From Bacillota bacterium (GTDB lineage Bacteria; Bacillota; Bacilli; Bacillales; Amphibacillaceae), in assembly GCA_035302425.1 (NCBI GenBank), contig DATGSQ010000013.1:16965-80964 (forward strand): a DNA stretch of 64,000 nt. Reading direction: 5' to 3'. This document shows, piece after piece, positions 1 to 10,700 of this stretch. The position numbers and the translations under genes are program-made. The notes below the pieces were generated by a model. The model did no database searches. It had not been told where the DNA came from and was given only the letters and a program-made list of their open reading frames with translations. How positions within the stretch are numbered: position 1 is the stretch's first letter; every line of letters begins with the position of its first letter.

Positions 1-133
1 CAACGGATAAAACCGACGAATCACCATATTGGATCATACATGCGCCATTTGCTTGTTTTGCGAGTTCTCCAATTTCTACTGTAAAAGGTTTTCCAGCTAT
101 TTCTGTAGAGAATACTTGTTTTTCATCATTCAT
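1..133 (-). CDS. pnp: polyribonucleotide nucleotidyltransferase (PNPase), 5' part, runs off window
   Basis: Manual translation [44 protein letters not shown]; SD AAAGGAG upstream; follows rpsO. Confidence 0.95.
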   Translation of the reverse strand, partial: MNDEKQVFSTEIAGKPFTVEIGELAKQANGACMIQYGDSSVLSV

Positions 134-235
134 TAATATATGGACTCCTTTCAAACTTACATCTATTATCTTCCATTGTAATCATTCATCGATGAAATGT
201 AAATTTTATAAATATTTTACCTAAAAATAATATGT

Positions 236-263
236 AAAAAAAGCAGGAAATCTCCTGCTTTTT
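236..263 (-). terminator. intrinsic terminator after rpsO
   Basis: AAGCAGGA/TCCTGCTT inverted repeat flanked by A and T runs. Confidence 0.85.
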
Positions 264-264
264 G

Positions 265-534
265 TTATCTTCGTAAACCTAGTTTTTGAATTAAGTTACG
301 ATAGCTCGTAATGTCATTGTTACGTAAGTAGTTGAGTAAATTACGACGTCTACCGACTTTCTTCAATAACCCACGACGTGAATGATGATCACGTTTATGA
401 CGTTTTAAATGTTCGTTTAAAATGTTAATTTCTTCTGTTAAAACAGCGATTTGTACTTCTGTTGAACCAGTGTCATTTTCGTGAGTTTTAAATTCATTAA
501 TAATCTCTTGTTTTCTCTCTTTTGTAATTGCCAT
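265..534 (-). CDS. rpsO: 30S ribosomal protein S15
   Basis: [44 protein letters not shown]; SD GGAGGTG sets the start at 534. Confidence 0.98.
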   Translation of the reverse strand: MAITKERKQEIINEFKTHENDTGSTEVQIAVLTEEINILNEHLKRHKRDHHSRRGLLKKVGRRRNLLNYLRNNDITSYRNLIQKLGLRR

Positions 535-615
535 GTTGTGCACCTCCTATTTTTTAACATCCCCATTCCCCTAGCAAACGTCGGAGTGTCGTTTTGCCAA
601 GCGATGGTTATCGAT
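535..615 (-). ncRNA. rpsO (S15) autogenous leader, Firmicutes type
   Basis: Structured 5' UTR AACCAUCGCUUGGCAAAACGACACUCCGACGUUUGCUAGGGGAAUGG directly upstream of the rpsO SD. Confidence 0.7.
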
Positions 616-619
616 TTTA

Positions 620-648
620 AGCGTACATGTTTTTACACAAAAAAGCAA
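620..648 (-). promoter_or_regulatory. putative sigmaA promoter of rpsO
   Basis: TTGCTT-17 bp-TACGCT. Confidence 0.55.
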
Positions 649-649
649 G

Positions 650-1597
650 TTAATTTTGTTCGTTTTGAAAAAAATCTCGAATAAATTGTTCATCATGTTG
701 AAGTTGACTAATTAATTCATCGGCTGAAGAAAACTTCTGCTCTTCTCTAACGAACGTATGCCACTGCACGGCAAGCTCACTTTTATAAATATCTTTTTCA
801 AAATCTAATAAATGAACTTCGAGCAAAGGTTTTTGTTGATCCTTTTCAAAGGTTGGACGATATCCTAAATTTGCCATACCTAGATGGGTTTTGCCGTTAA
901 CAGTCGCTTTTACTGCATAAACACCGGGAGCAGGCAGAAGAGCTTCATCATTTACGTCTAAATTGGCTGTTGGAAAGCCAATCGTTCGTCCACGCTTGTT
1001 TCCTTCAACGACAGTACCGATCGTTTGTAACGGGCGACCTAAAAGTTTATGAACATTAGCCATTTCTCCAGACTCGATAAGGGAGCGAATATATGTTGAA
1101 CTAACTTTCTTTTTATCATAGGATACTTTTTCAATAGTCGTATAAGTTAGTTGATCGTTTGCATAGTCTTTGATGTTCGTCATATTACCTTTACCTTTGT
1201 ATCCATATGTAAAATCAAACCCTGCAACTAGATGTTTAATATTAAGTCCGATAATAAAATGGTCAATGAATTGTTTCGGTAACAATGATGAAAGATCTTT
1301 ATTAAAAGTAACCGTATATAAGCAATCGACGCCTAATTGTTTTAAAGCACGCTGCTTTTCTATTGGTGGTGTTATGTATTTTACCGTTTGTTCACCGTTA
1401 CTTAAAACAACCTTTGGGTGGGGAAAAAAAGTCAAAACAGCACTTTGTAAATCGTGTTCTTTAGCGTATTGTACAGCTGTTTTAATGACTTTTTGATGAC
1501 CTAAATGAACGCCGTCAAAAAATCCAATCGCACAAACGGTTTCAGGAATTTTCTCTTTTACCAATTGATGTGGATATGATAGTTTAATAATTTTCAT
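650..1597 (-). CDS. ribF: bifunctional riboflavin kinase/FAD synthetase
   Basis: GFFDGVHLGHQ, GFDFTYG, GRTIGFPTAN motifs. Confidence 0.96.
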   Translation of the reverse strand: MKIIKLSYPHQLVKEKIPETVCAIGFFDGVHLGHQKVIKTAVQYAKEHDLQSAVLTFFPHPKVVLSNGEQTVKYITPPIEKQRALKQLGVDCLYTVTFNKDLSSLLPKQFIDHFIIGLNIKHLVAGFDFTYGYKGKGNMTNIKDYANDQLTYTTIEKVSYDKKKVSSTYIRSLIESGEMANVHKLLGRPLQTIGTVVEGNKRGRTIGFPTANLDVNDEALLPAPGVYAVKATVNGKTHLGMANLGYRPTFEKDQQKPLLEVHLLDFEKDIYKSELAVQWHTFVREEQKFSSADELISQLQHDEQFIRDFFQNEQN

Positions 1598-1608
1598 CAC
1601 TTTCACCT

Positions 1609-2511
1609 TCACTTATGAGTAATAAAGACGCGAATAGGTTTTATTGTATATATATCGTTACGGTCAACTTCATAAATGGCAATAAGTTCATTTTGATAAG
1701 TTAATAAAAATGGTTCTTCGGAGGTTATTTGTTCAATGTTTTTTAATTTTTGCCCATAACTAACTTTTTGCTTCGTTTGCGAATCTACTTCTATTTTAGC
1801 CATATGTTGTAATGCTCGCAACATTGAAACGGTCGTTTGTTCTAAATTGTTATTTACCTTTGCTTTCTCTATTTCAGCAAAAGTGATTGTTTCCTCTTTT
1901 ACAAATGAACTTGCTTCAACACGTATTAAATGAGACATGTGGGCGGGATAGCCAAGTTTTTTACCGATATCTACACATAATGTGCGAATATAAGTTCCTT
2001 GAGAACAATTTACTTTAAATGTAAAAGATGTACCGTTATTCGTCATGGGCGATGTCCGCTCAATGTTATATATGGTCACTTTCCGTTTCGGTCGTTCAAC
2101 ATGTATGTTCGCCCGGGCATATTCATACAGTCGTTTTCCTTTAACACGAACAGCAGAATATAATGGAGGTATTTGTGTAATCGTTCCTTGGAAAGATTGT
2201 AACACTTCATCAACCTTAGCTAATGTTAGTGATTGTTTAACTTGTGTTTCTTTAATAATTTCCCCGTGCGCATCCTCTGTTTCCGTTGCTATACCTAATT
2301 GTATTTCAGCAATATATGTTTTATCCATCGCTGTCAAATAAGGAACGATTTTCGTCGCTTGACCGATACAAATGGGTAATACACCTTCAACCATCGGATC
2401 AAGTGTTCCTGTATGTCCAACTTTACGTGTTTCATATATTTTTCTTATTTGTTGAACACAATCATGTGAAGTCATACCACTAGGTTTCCATAAGGGAATA
2501 ATGCCATCCAT
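1609..2511 (-). CDS. truB: tRNA pseudouridine(55) synthase
   Basis: KPSGMTSHD, GHTGTLDP, CSQGTYIRTL motifs. Confidence 0.97.
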   Translation of the reverse strand: MDGIIPLWKPSGMTSHDCVQQIRKIYETRKVGHTGTLDPMVEGVLPICIGQATKIVPYLTAMDKTYIAEIQLGIATETEDAHGEIIKETQVKQSLTLAKVDEVLQSFQGTITQIPPLYSAVRVKGKRLYEYARANIHVERPKRKVTIYNIERTSPMTNNGTSFTFKVNCSQGTYIRTLCVDIGKKLGYPAHMSHLIRVEASSFVKEETITFAEIEKAKVNNNLEQTTVSMLRALQHMAKIEVDSQTKQKVSYGQKLKNIEQITSEEPFLLTYQNELIAIYEVDRNDIYTIKPIRVFITHK

Positions 2512-2536
2512 ACGATCACCACCATTTTATTAATAG

Positions 2537-2569
2537 AAAAAATCTGATCTGTCACCTAACAGATCAGAT
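2537..2569 (-). terminator. terminator-like hairpin after rbfA
   Basis: ATCTGATCTGT/ACAGATCAGAT stem followed by a U-tract on the minus strand. Confidence 0.75.
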
Positions 2570-2578
2570 ATTAATCGT

Positions 2579-2917
2579 TTATTTGTTTAAGTCACGCAAA
2601 ATTTGTTCAATACGGCTACCACGCTCTAATGTGTCATCAAATTCAAAAGTAATTTCCGGAGTTTTACGTAACTGGATACGTTTGCCGATTTCTGAACGGA
2701 TAAAACCGTTAGCTTTCGCTAAACCGACGAGCGTTGAGTCCTTTTTATCTTCATCTAAAACTGAAATATAAATCGTCGCTTGTTGCAAATCTCCCGTCAC
2801 TTCTACATCAGTAACTGTAACAAAACCAATGCGCGGGTCTTTTAACTTTCGTGTAATAATTTCGCCCATTTCCTTTTTAATTTCTTCTGCAACTCGATTC
2901 GCTCGAATATTACTCAT
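2579..2917 (-). CDS. rbfA: ribosome-binding factor A
   Basis: [40 protein letters not shown]; synteny. Confidence 0.97.
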   Translation of the reverse strand: MSNIRANRVAEEIKKEMGEIITRKLKDPRIGFVTVTDVEVTGDLQQATIYISVLDEDKKDSTLVGLAKANGFIRSEIGKRIQLRKTPEITFEFDDTLERGSRIEQILRDLNK

Positions 2918-2961
2918 GCTTGTCACCTCGTTTTTAAACAATACTAAAATGTTAAAATTTT

Positions 2962-3240
2962 CTATAGCCGTTCAATATTTGTTAACGTTCGCTCTAATTC
3001 TGAAAACGAATCAATAATCCGCAAAGCTTCTTGAATAATTTGCTCGGCGTGAACCGTCTCATTTGACACGGTTACAATTCCTAATTTCGTTCGTTGCCAT
3101 AAATCATGGTAGTCTAACTCAGCAACAGAGACGTTTAATTTTTGCCGTAATTTATGAATGATTCGTTTAATGAGCGAACGTTTATCTTTCAATGATTGCT
3201 CATTGTATAAAAAACATTCTACTTCAACATAGCAAATCAT
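2962..3240 (-). CDS. ylxP: DUF503 family protein YlxP
   Basis: [22 protein letters not shown]; position between infB and rbfA. Confidence 0.9.
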   Translation of the reverse strand: MICYVEVECFLYNEQSLKDKRSLIKRIIHKLRQKLNVSVAELDYHDLWQRTKLGIVTVSNETVHAEQIIQEALRIIDSFSELERTLTNIERL

Positions 3241-5276
3241 GTACGTTCAATTTCTTCCATAATATAAGCTTCAATAATATCACTTTCTTTAATATCATTG
3301 AAATCTTTAATCGTAATTCCACATTCATAATTTTGTTGGACTTCACGAACATCATCTTTAAAACGTTTCAAAGCAGCAATTTCACCTTCATAGATGACGA
3401 CACCATTACGGATGAGTCGTACAAAACTGTCTCGAGTAATTTTACCGTCAGTAACATAACAACCAGCGATTGTACCGATACGCGATACTTTAAAAGTTTC
3501 ACGTACCTCTGCTTGACCGATTACTTTTTCTGCATATTCAGGATCGAGCATTCCTTTCATCGCTGCTTCAACTTCTTCAATCGCTTGATAGATGACACGA
3601 TGTAATCGTATGTCTACTTTTTCTTCAGAAGCGGCTTTGTTTGCATTAACATCTGGACGAACATTAAAACCAATGATAATCGCATTTGATGCCGACGCTA
3701 AAATAACATCAGATTCTGTAATACCGCCTACACCTGAATGAATGATATTAATATTAACACTTTCCACTTCGATTTTTTGTAATGAAGCAGCCAAAGCTTC
3801 AGCCGACCCTTGAACGTCCGCTTTTATAATAATATTTAATTCTTTCATATCACCTTGTTTAATTTGCTCAAACAAATCATCAAGACTAATTTTCGTCTGT
3901 TCACTTCGACTTTGCAAAATCTCTCTTTGTTGACGGGCTTCACCAATTTGTCGTGCTTGACGTTCATTAGCAAATACTAAAAATTGATCGCCCGCTTGTG
4001 GTACAGCATTTAATCCCGTAATTTCCACAGGTGTTGATGGTCCTGCCGAATTAATTCGGTGACCTAAATCACTAACCATCGCTCTTACACGTCCATATGT
4101 GTTTCCAACGACTAATGAATCACCAACTTTTAATGTACCGTTTTGAATGAGTAAACTTGCTACAGCACCCCGACCGCGATCAAGCTGTGCATCAATAACT
4201 GTTCCGTGGGCAACAGTTTTTGGATTAGCTGTCAATTCTTCCATTTCTGCGACGAGTAAAATCATCTCTAATAACTCATCAATACCTTCACCTTGAAGAG
4301 CTGATAACTTCACGAAAATCGTATCGCCACCCCAGTCTTCGGCAATGAGATTATGTTCTGTTAACTCCTGCATCACACGATCAGGGTTTGCTGATTCTTT
4401 ATCCATTTTATTGACAGCAACTATTATCGGTACTTCAGCTGCTTTAGCATGGTTAATCGCTTCTACTGTCTGTGGCATAACCCCATCATCTGCTGCAACG
4501 ACAAGAATTGCGATATCTGTTACTTGAGCACCACGTGAACGCATGCTCGTAAAAGCCTCGTGACCAGGAGTATCAAGAAACGTTATTTTCTTTCCTTCCG
4601 CTTCAACTTGATAAGCACCAATATGCTGTGTAATACCACCTGCTTCACCTTCAGTCACTTTTGTATGGCGGATTGAATCGAGCAATGTTGTTTTACCATG
4701 GTCAACATGCCCCATAATTGTTACAACAGCTGGTCTTTCTTCTAAATCTTCTTCACGTTCTTCTGGAATATATTTATCAAAGTCAGTTTCATCTAGCTCA
4801 ATAACTTTTTCAACTTCATAGCCGTATTCATTACAAATAAGTTCAATCGCTGCATCATCTAAATCTTGATTTTTCGTCGCCATAACACCTAAAAACATTA
4901 AATTTTTAATAATTTCAGCGGTGTCTTTATTTAGTTTTTCGGCTAGTTCACTTACGGTTAAAGTATCTGAGTACGTAATTTTCCTTTGTGATGATTTTGT
5001 TTCTTCTTTAGGTAGTTCTTTTTTTGACGGTTTCGTTTGCTTTTCCTCGCTTTTCATTTTTTTCTTTTTGTCTTGTTTTTTCCTATTCATTTGCTGTTTT
5101 GATTTGTCTTTTTCTTTTGGTTGTTGAAATGATTTATCTAGCTCTTGTTTAATTTCTGTCGTAATCATTGACATATGATTCGTAATATCGATATTTAACT
5201 TTTTTAACTCATCTAAAACTTTACGGCTCGTTAAGTTATTTTCCTTTGCATATTCATATACACGCATTTTATCCAT
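3237..5276 (-). CDS. infB: translation initiation factor IF-2
   Basis: [21 protein letters not shown] GTPase motifs. Confidence 0.98.
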   Translation of the reverse strand: MDKMRVYEYAKENNLTSRKVLDELKKLNIDITNHMSMITTEIKQELDKSFQQPKEKDKSKQQMNRKKQDKKKKMKSEEKQTKPSKKELPKEETKSSQRKITYSDTLTVSELAEKLNKDTAEIIKNLMFLGVMATKNQDLDDAAIELICNEYGYEVEKVIELDETDFDKYIPEEREEDLEERPAVVTIMGHVDHGKTTLLDSIRHTKVTEGEAGGITQHIGAYQVEAEGKKITFLDTPGHEAFTSMRSRGAQVTDIAILVVAADDGVMPQTVEAINHAKAAEVPIIVAVNKMDKESANPDRVMQELTEHNLIAEDWGGDTIFVKLSALQGEGIDELLEMILLVAEMEELTANPKTVAHGTVIDAQLDRGRGAVASLLIQNGTLKVGDSLVVGNTYGRVRAMVSDLGHRINSAGPSTPVEITGLNAVPQAGDQFLVFANERQARQIGEARQQREILQSRSEQTKISLDDLFEQIKQGDMKELNIIIKADVQGSAEALAASLQKIEVESVNINIIHSGVGGITESDVILASASNAIIIGFNVRPDVNANKAASEEKVDIRLHRVIYQAIEEVEAAMKGMLDPEYAEKVIGQAEVRETFKVSRIGTIAGCYVTDGKITRDSFVRLIRNGVVIYEGEIAALKRFKDDVREVQQNYECGITIKDFNDIKESDIIEAYIMEEIERT

Positions 5277-5292
5277 ACGTTCACCCCCGAAA

Positions 5293-5598
5293 TTAGTTAC
5301 CCTTAATTAAAGTTTTTAATTTATGGGCAAATCCATCATTAAGTATAGCGATAGCAACACGATTCGTTTGTCCAATAGCATGCGATATAACTGCTTTTTC
5401 ATCGACCATCATATAAGGTATTTCATAACTAGTACATTTATCCGTTAATTGTTTATACGTTTGTGGGCCACAATCTGACGCTATTAAGACGAGCTTAACC
5501 CGTCTTTGTTGAATATGTTTAATAATTTTATCAACGCCTAGTGAACATTGATTCGCTCGGTATGCTAAACCTAATAAATTTAAATAACTTTCCTTCAT
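5293..5598 (-). CDS. ylxQ: L7Ae-family RNA-binding protein YlxQ
   Basis: [19 protein letters not shown]..; between ylxR and infB; start refined to MKESY. Confidence 0.9.
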   Translation of the reverse strand: MKESYLNLLGLAYRANQCSLGVDKIIKHIQQRRVKLVLIASDCGPQTYKQLTDKCTSYEIPYMMVDEKAVISHAIGQTNRVAIAILNDGFAHKLKTLIKGN

Positions 5599-5602
5599 AT
5601 CA

Positions 5603-5869
5603 TCACTCTTTAACGAGCTTTTTAAGTTCCTCATAAAGCTCTTTATCTACAGGAACTTTTAAATGGTCACTTAAAATATTTGTTTTTTGGGCTTTTTCAA
5701 TGACTTGTTCATTTTTTGATAAGTAGGCGCCACGACCATTTTGTTTTCCTGTTAAATCAATAAATACTTCGCCTTCTTTATTACGAACAATTCTAATTAA
5801 ATTTTGTTTTGGCAACATCTCTTGCGTAACAACACATTTTCTTAAAGGTATTTTTCTTTTTCTACTCAT
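5603..5869 (-). CDS. ylxR: YlxR/RnpM (DUF448) nucleic-acid-binding protein
   Basis: PLRKCVVT..LIRIVR..GRGAYL signature. Confidence 0.93.
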   Translation of the reverse strand: MSRKRKIPLRKCVVTQEMLPKQNLIRIVRNKEGEVFIDLTGKQNGRGAYLSKNEQVIEKAQKTNILSDHLKVPVDKELYEELKKLVKE

Positions 5870-5882
5870 AAAAATACCCCCT

Positions 5883-7016
5883 CTATGGTTCTAACAAAGG
5901 ATCATTGTCAGAATCGTCTTCTTCCAAATCATCAAATAAACTATCGTCGAACAACGGTTCTTCTTCTGAAATGATTCCTTCTTCTTTAGCAGCTGTTTCA
6001 CTTTTTATATCAATTTTCCAGCCTGTTAGTTTGGCCGCTAAACGTGCGTTTTGTCCACGTTTACCAATGGCTAATGACAATTGATAGTCCGGGACGACAA
6101 CCGTTGACTCTCTTTCTTCTTCATTTAATATGACTTGTGACACCTTAGATGGACTTAACGCATTAGATACGAAAATTGCTGGATCATCTGACCATTCGAC
6201 AATATCAATTTTTTCACCATTTAATTCATCAACAATCGCTTGAACTCTTTGGCCTCTTTGCCCAACACAGGAGCCAACAGGATCAATATCTGGGTCATCT
6301 GCATAAACAGCAATCTTCGAACGATCCCCTGCCTCTCGAGCAATCGACTTAATCTCAACGATACCCGAAAATATTTCGGGAACTTCCATTTCAAAAAGTC
6401 TTTTTAAAAGACCTGGATGGGATCGGGAAATGAGTATTTGTGGGCCTTTTGTCGTCTTTTCAACTTTTGTCACATAAACTTTTATTCGATCATGAATATT
6501 GTATTCATCGGTTGGCATTTGATCGGATTCTGATAATTTCGCTTCAATTTTCCCTAAATTAACATAGACAAAACGGTGATCTCTACGTTGAATAATGCCA
6601 GTAATAACATCTTCTTCATGATCGATATACTGTTCATAAATAACACCGCGTTCTGCTTCTCGCACTCGTTGCGTAACAACTTGTTTAGCAGCTTGAGCAG
6701 CAATTCTTCCAAAATCTTTCGGTGTTACTTCTACTTCAATAATATCGTCGACTTCATAATTAGGATCTATTTCTTTAGCTGCTTCTAAAGAAATTTCAAT
6801 TTGATCATTTTCCACATTTTCAACGATGTTTTTTTGGGCAAATAAACGCATTTTGTTTTCTTCGGGATTTAAGTCTACCCGAACATTCGTTGCTGATTGG
6901 AAATTCTTTTTGTAAGCAGAAATTAATGCGGCTTCTAAAGCTTCTAATAATATTTCTTTATCAATTCCTTTTTCTTTTTCAAGAAACTCAAGCGCTTCGA
7001 ACAGTTTGCTATTCAC
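5883..7016 (-). CDS. nusA: transcription elongation factor NusA
   Basis: [13 protein letters not shown]1 and KH domains, [12 protein letters not shown]; GTG start. Confidence 0.98.
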   Translation of the reverse strand: MNSKLFEALEFLEKEKGIDKEILLEALEAALISAYKKNFQSATNVRVDLNPEENKMRLFAQKNIVENVENDQIEISLEAAKEIDPNYEVDDIIEVEVTPKDFGRIAAQAAKQVVTQRVREAERGVIYEQYIDHEEDVITGIIQRRDHRFVYVNLGKIEAKLSESDQMPTDEYNIHDRIKVYVTKVEKTTKGPQILISRSHPGLLKRLFEMEVPEIFSGIVEIKSIAREAGDRSKIAVYADDPDIDPVGSCVGQRGQRVQAIVDELNGEKIDIVEWSDDPAIFVSNALSPSKVSQVILNEEERESTVVVPDYQLSLAIGKRGQNARLAAKLTGWKIDIKSETAAKEEGIISEEEPLFDDSLFDDLEEDDSDNDPLLEP

Positions 7017-7030
7017 AATACTTTCCTCCC

Positions 7031-7498
7031 TTATAATGCAACAGCTAACCTTGCTTTCGCAATTTTATCATACGGTATTTCGACGATTTTTTTACGCGCT
7101 AATACTTGATATTCAATCATTGCAATATCATTGTCAAAGCTTTGTAAAACACCTTGAAATTCCTTCTCACCATCAATATGGACATATAGTGTAACGTAAA
7201 CATTTTTGCCAACACTTTTTTGAAAGTCTTCTTTCGTTTTTAACGGCCGTTCAACTCCAGGTGAAGAAACTTCTAAAAAATAAGCACCATTAATAATATC
7301 GGCATCATCTAACTTTTCACTCAACTCTGTTGATACTAATTCACATTCTTCTAAAGTTACCCCAGATTCTTTGTCGATAAAAACTCGCAAAAACCAATCC
7401 TGCCCTTCTTTAACGTATTCAATGTCGAATAATTCAAGATCATAATGTATGAGAATTGGTTCAACAAGTTCTTCTGTTACACGTTTAATTTGGCTCAT
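7031..7498 (-). CDS. rimP: ribosome maturation factor RimP (YlxS)
   Basis: LRVFID..LEVSSPGVERPL signature. Confidence 0.96.
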   Translation of the reverse strand: MSQIKRVTEELVEPILIHYDLELFDIEYVKEGQDWFLRVFIDKESGVTLEECELVSTELSEKLDDADIINGAYFLEVSSPGVERPLKTKEDFQKSVGKNVYVTLYVHIDGEKEFQGVLQSFDNDIAMIEYQVLARKKIVEIPYDKIAKARLAVAL

Positions 7499-7632
7499 CT
7501 TCAAAACCTCCCTAAGACCATTCTTATACAATATTATGGGCTAATAACTAAAATTCATTTGTACGAATAAGTTTCTGTATTCAATATGACTAGTAAGTGA
7601 TTAAAACAATAATATTTTACTTTATTCAATAT

Positions 7633-7706
7633 AAAACCCCTGCCAACCATTTGGGCAAGGGAATAACAGAAAGGTGTATAAAGAAAGAGTGGTTAGCCCA
7701 CTCTTT
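7633..7706 (-). promoter_or_regulatory. rimP/nusA leader with two tandem terminator-like hairpins
   Basis: AAAGAGUGG-GCUAA-CCACUCUUU-CUUU (7684-7706) and CCCUUGCCC..GGCAGGGG-UUUU (7633-7661). Confidence 0.65.
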
Positions 7707-7729
7707 AACGTAAACTTCATATCAATAGG

Positions 7730-7758
7730 ATTGTAACATATAGGTGATGTGCATGCAA
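7730..7758 (-). promoter_or_regulatory. sigmaA promoter of the rimP-nusA-infB operon
   Basis: TTGCAT-17 bp-TACAAT with extended TG. Confidence 0.7.
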
Positions 7759-7760
7759 GT

Positions 7761-10700
7761 TTAAAATAGAGATAATTGATTTTCCTCCGCCATTCCTTCT
7801 AAACATCCGTGACGATCTAAATAATCTAGCACTGTTTTTGATATTTTACTACGTTCGCGCAAATCTTCTTTTGACAAAAACTCACCTTGTTTACGAGCAT
7901 TGACGATGTTCAATGCTGCGTTCGTTCCAAGACCATCGACGGCATTAAATGGTGGGATAAGAGAATTATGATCAACGATAAAATCTGTCGCATCAGATTT
8001 ATATAAATCGACTTTTTGAAATGAAAATCCGCGTGCATACATTTCTAAAGCGACTTGTAAAACAGTTAATAAATTTTTCTCTTTTGGTGATGCATCGTTG
8101 CCTTTTTCTTTTATCTCAGCAATTCGCTTTTTCAATGCATCATAACCTTTTGTCATCGTGTCTAACTCAAAGTCTCGTGCCCGAATAGAAAAGTAAGCTG
8201 CATAAAATTGTATCGGATAATATACTTTAAAATAAGCGATGCGAACAGCCATTAAGACGTATGCAGCTGCATGTGCCTTCGGGAACATATATTTAATCTT
8301 TTTACACGATTGGATATACCATTCTGGAACGCCGTGATTTTTCATTTCACTAATCCATTCATCCTTTAATCCCCGGCCACGGCGAACATGTTCCATAATG
8401 CTAAAGGCTAATGACGCTTCTAATCCTTGTTGCATTAAATAAACCATAATATCATCACGGCAACCGATAACTTCAGATAGTTCGCAAATACCATCATTAA
8501 TTAAATCTTGAGCATTGCCTAACCAAACGTCCGTCCCATGCGAAAGTCCAGATATAATGACAAGTTCCGCGAAGCTTTTTGGTTTCGTTTCTTCTAACAT
8601 TTGTCTAACAAATGATGTACCAAATTCCGGAACACCTAATGTTCCTGTTTCACAATCGATCTCTTCAGGTTTAATATCGAGTGCACGAGTACTTGAAAAA
8701 ATACTCATTACTTTTTCATCATCAATCGGCACTTTTTTCGGATCAATTCCTGTTAAATCTTGTAACATACGAATAACAGTCGGATCATCGTGGCCGAGTA
8801 TATCTAGTTTTAACAAATTATCTTCAATCGAATGGAAATCAAAATGAGTCGTTTTCCATTCGCTCGATTGATCATCTGCTGGAAATTGGACAGGTGTAAA
8901 ATCGTAAATTTCTTTATCTTGGGGTACAACGATAATTCCGCCAGGGTGTTGACCAGTTGTTCGCTTAACGCCTGAACAGCCGATGACGAGCCGATCAATT
9001 TCAGCATTTTTTAAATGTAAATCATGATCTTGCGCAAAACCTTTTACATATCCATAGGCGGTACGCTCAGCAATCGTTCCAATCGTACCTGCACGATAAA
9101 CATTATCTTCTCCAAAAAGTTCCTTTGTATAGTTATGTGCTTTTGGTTGATATTCTCCCGAGAAATTCAAATCAATATCAGGTACTTTGTCACCTTCGAA
9201 ACCTAAAAATGTTTCAAAGGGAATATCTTGTCCATCTTTTATTAAAGCTTCACCACATGTAGGGCAGTTTTTATTCGGTAAATCATAACCACTAGCGAAT
9301 GAACCGTCTGTAATAAATTCGTTATAATGACATTGCCTACATACGTAGTGTGGTGGTAATGGGTTTACTTCAGTAATCTCAGTCATTGTCGCTACTAACG
9401 ATGACCCAACAGAACCACGGGAACCGACAAGATAACCGTCGAGTAACGATTTGTGGACGAGTTTATGAGATATTAAATAAATAACGGCAAAACCATGGCC
9501 AATAATACTCGACAATTCTTTTTCTAATCGTTTTTCAACAATTTCAGGTAAGGGATCACCATAAATTTTCTTCGCATTCCCATAAGTCAACTGGCGTACT
9601 TCTTCTTCCGCCCCGTCAATTTTCGGTGTATATAAATCTTTTTTCAATGGTGAAATATTATTAATCATCTCATTGATTTTTTGTGTATTAGTGACGACGA
9701 TTTCTTTAGCAATGTCATCTCCCAAAAATTTAAACGTTTCAAGCATTTCGTCAGTCGTACGAAAATGAACGTCTGGTTGTGTTTGGCGGTTTAAAGGGTT
9801 ACCTTTTTGTGACGCAATTAAAATACGACGAAACATTTTTTCATGTTTATCAACATAATGAACATTACCTGTTGCAACGACAATTTTATCCTTTTCTTTA
9901 CCTAATTCTACAATTTTACGAAGGATGTCTAATATTTGTGCCTCCGTTTCTACGACATTTCTTTCGATAAGCCCTATGTAAGTTTCTGGAGGTTGAACTT
10001 CTAAATAATCATAAAATTCTATCGCTTTCTTCGCTTCATCAGGTGTTTTTTGCATCACTGCTTCAAAAACTTCACCATTATCACAAGCCGAGCCGACTAA
10101 CAATCCTTCGCGATGCTGTTGTAATAATGAGCGTGGTATGCGCGGCACCCGATAAAAGTATTTTGTATGGGAAAGAGAAACGAGTTTATATAAGTTTTTT
10201 AAACCTGTTTCATTTTGAGCTAACAATGTGCAGTGAAATGGTCGTGATTGTTGGTAAGCGTTCGTATCGTCTAAATGATTATTTAACTGAGCGAGATTAG
10301 TCATATCTTTTTCATTTAATTGCTGAACAAATTTCCAAAACAAATAAGCTGTCGCTTCAGCATCATAAATCGCCCGGTGATGTTGCACAAGCTCTACATT
10401 TAAATGTTTACACAACGTATTTAAACGATGATTGCCTAATTTTGGATATAAAAATCGTGCAAGTTCAAGGGTATCGATGACCGGTTGTGTAATCGTTTCA
10501 AGATCTAACTGTTTATAACCTTGGTTTAAAAAGCCAATATCAAACGTTGCATTATGAGCTACTAAGACGCTGTCCCCGGCCCATTCTTTAAATTGATGTA
10601 AAACAACGTCAACTTCTGGAGCGTCGACTAACATTTCATCAGTAATTCCCGTAATTTCCGTAATAATTTCTGGAAGTGGTCGATGCGGATTAGCAAAGGA

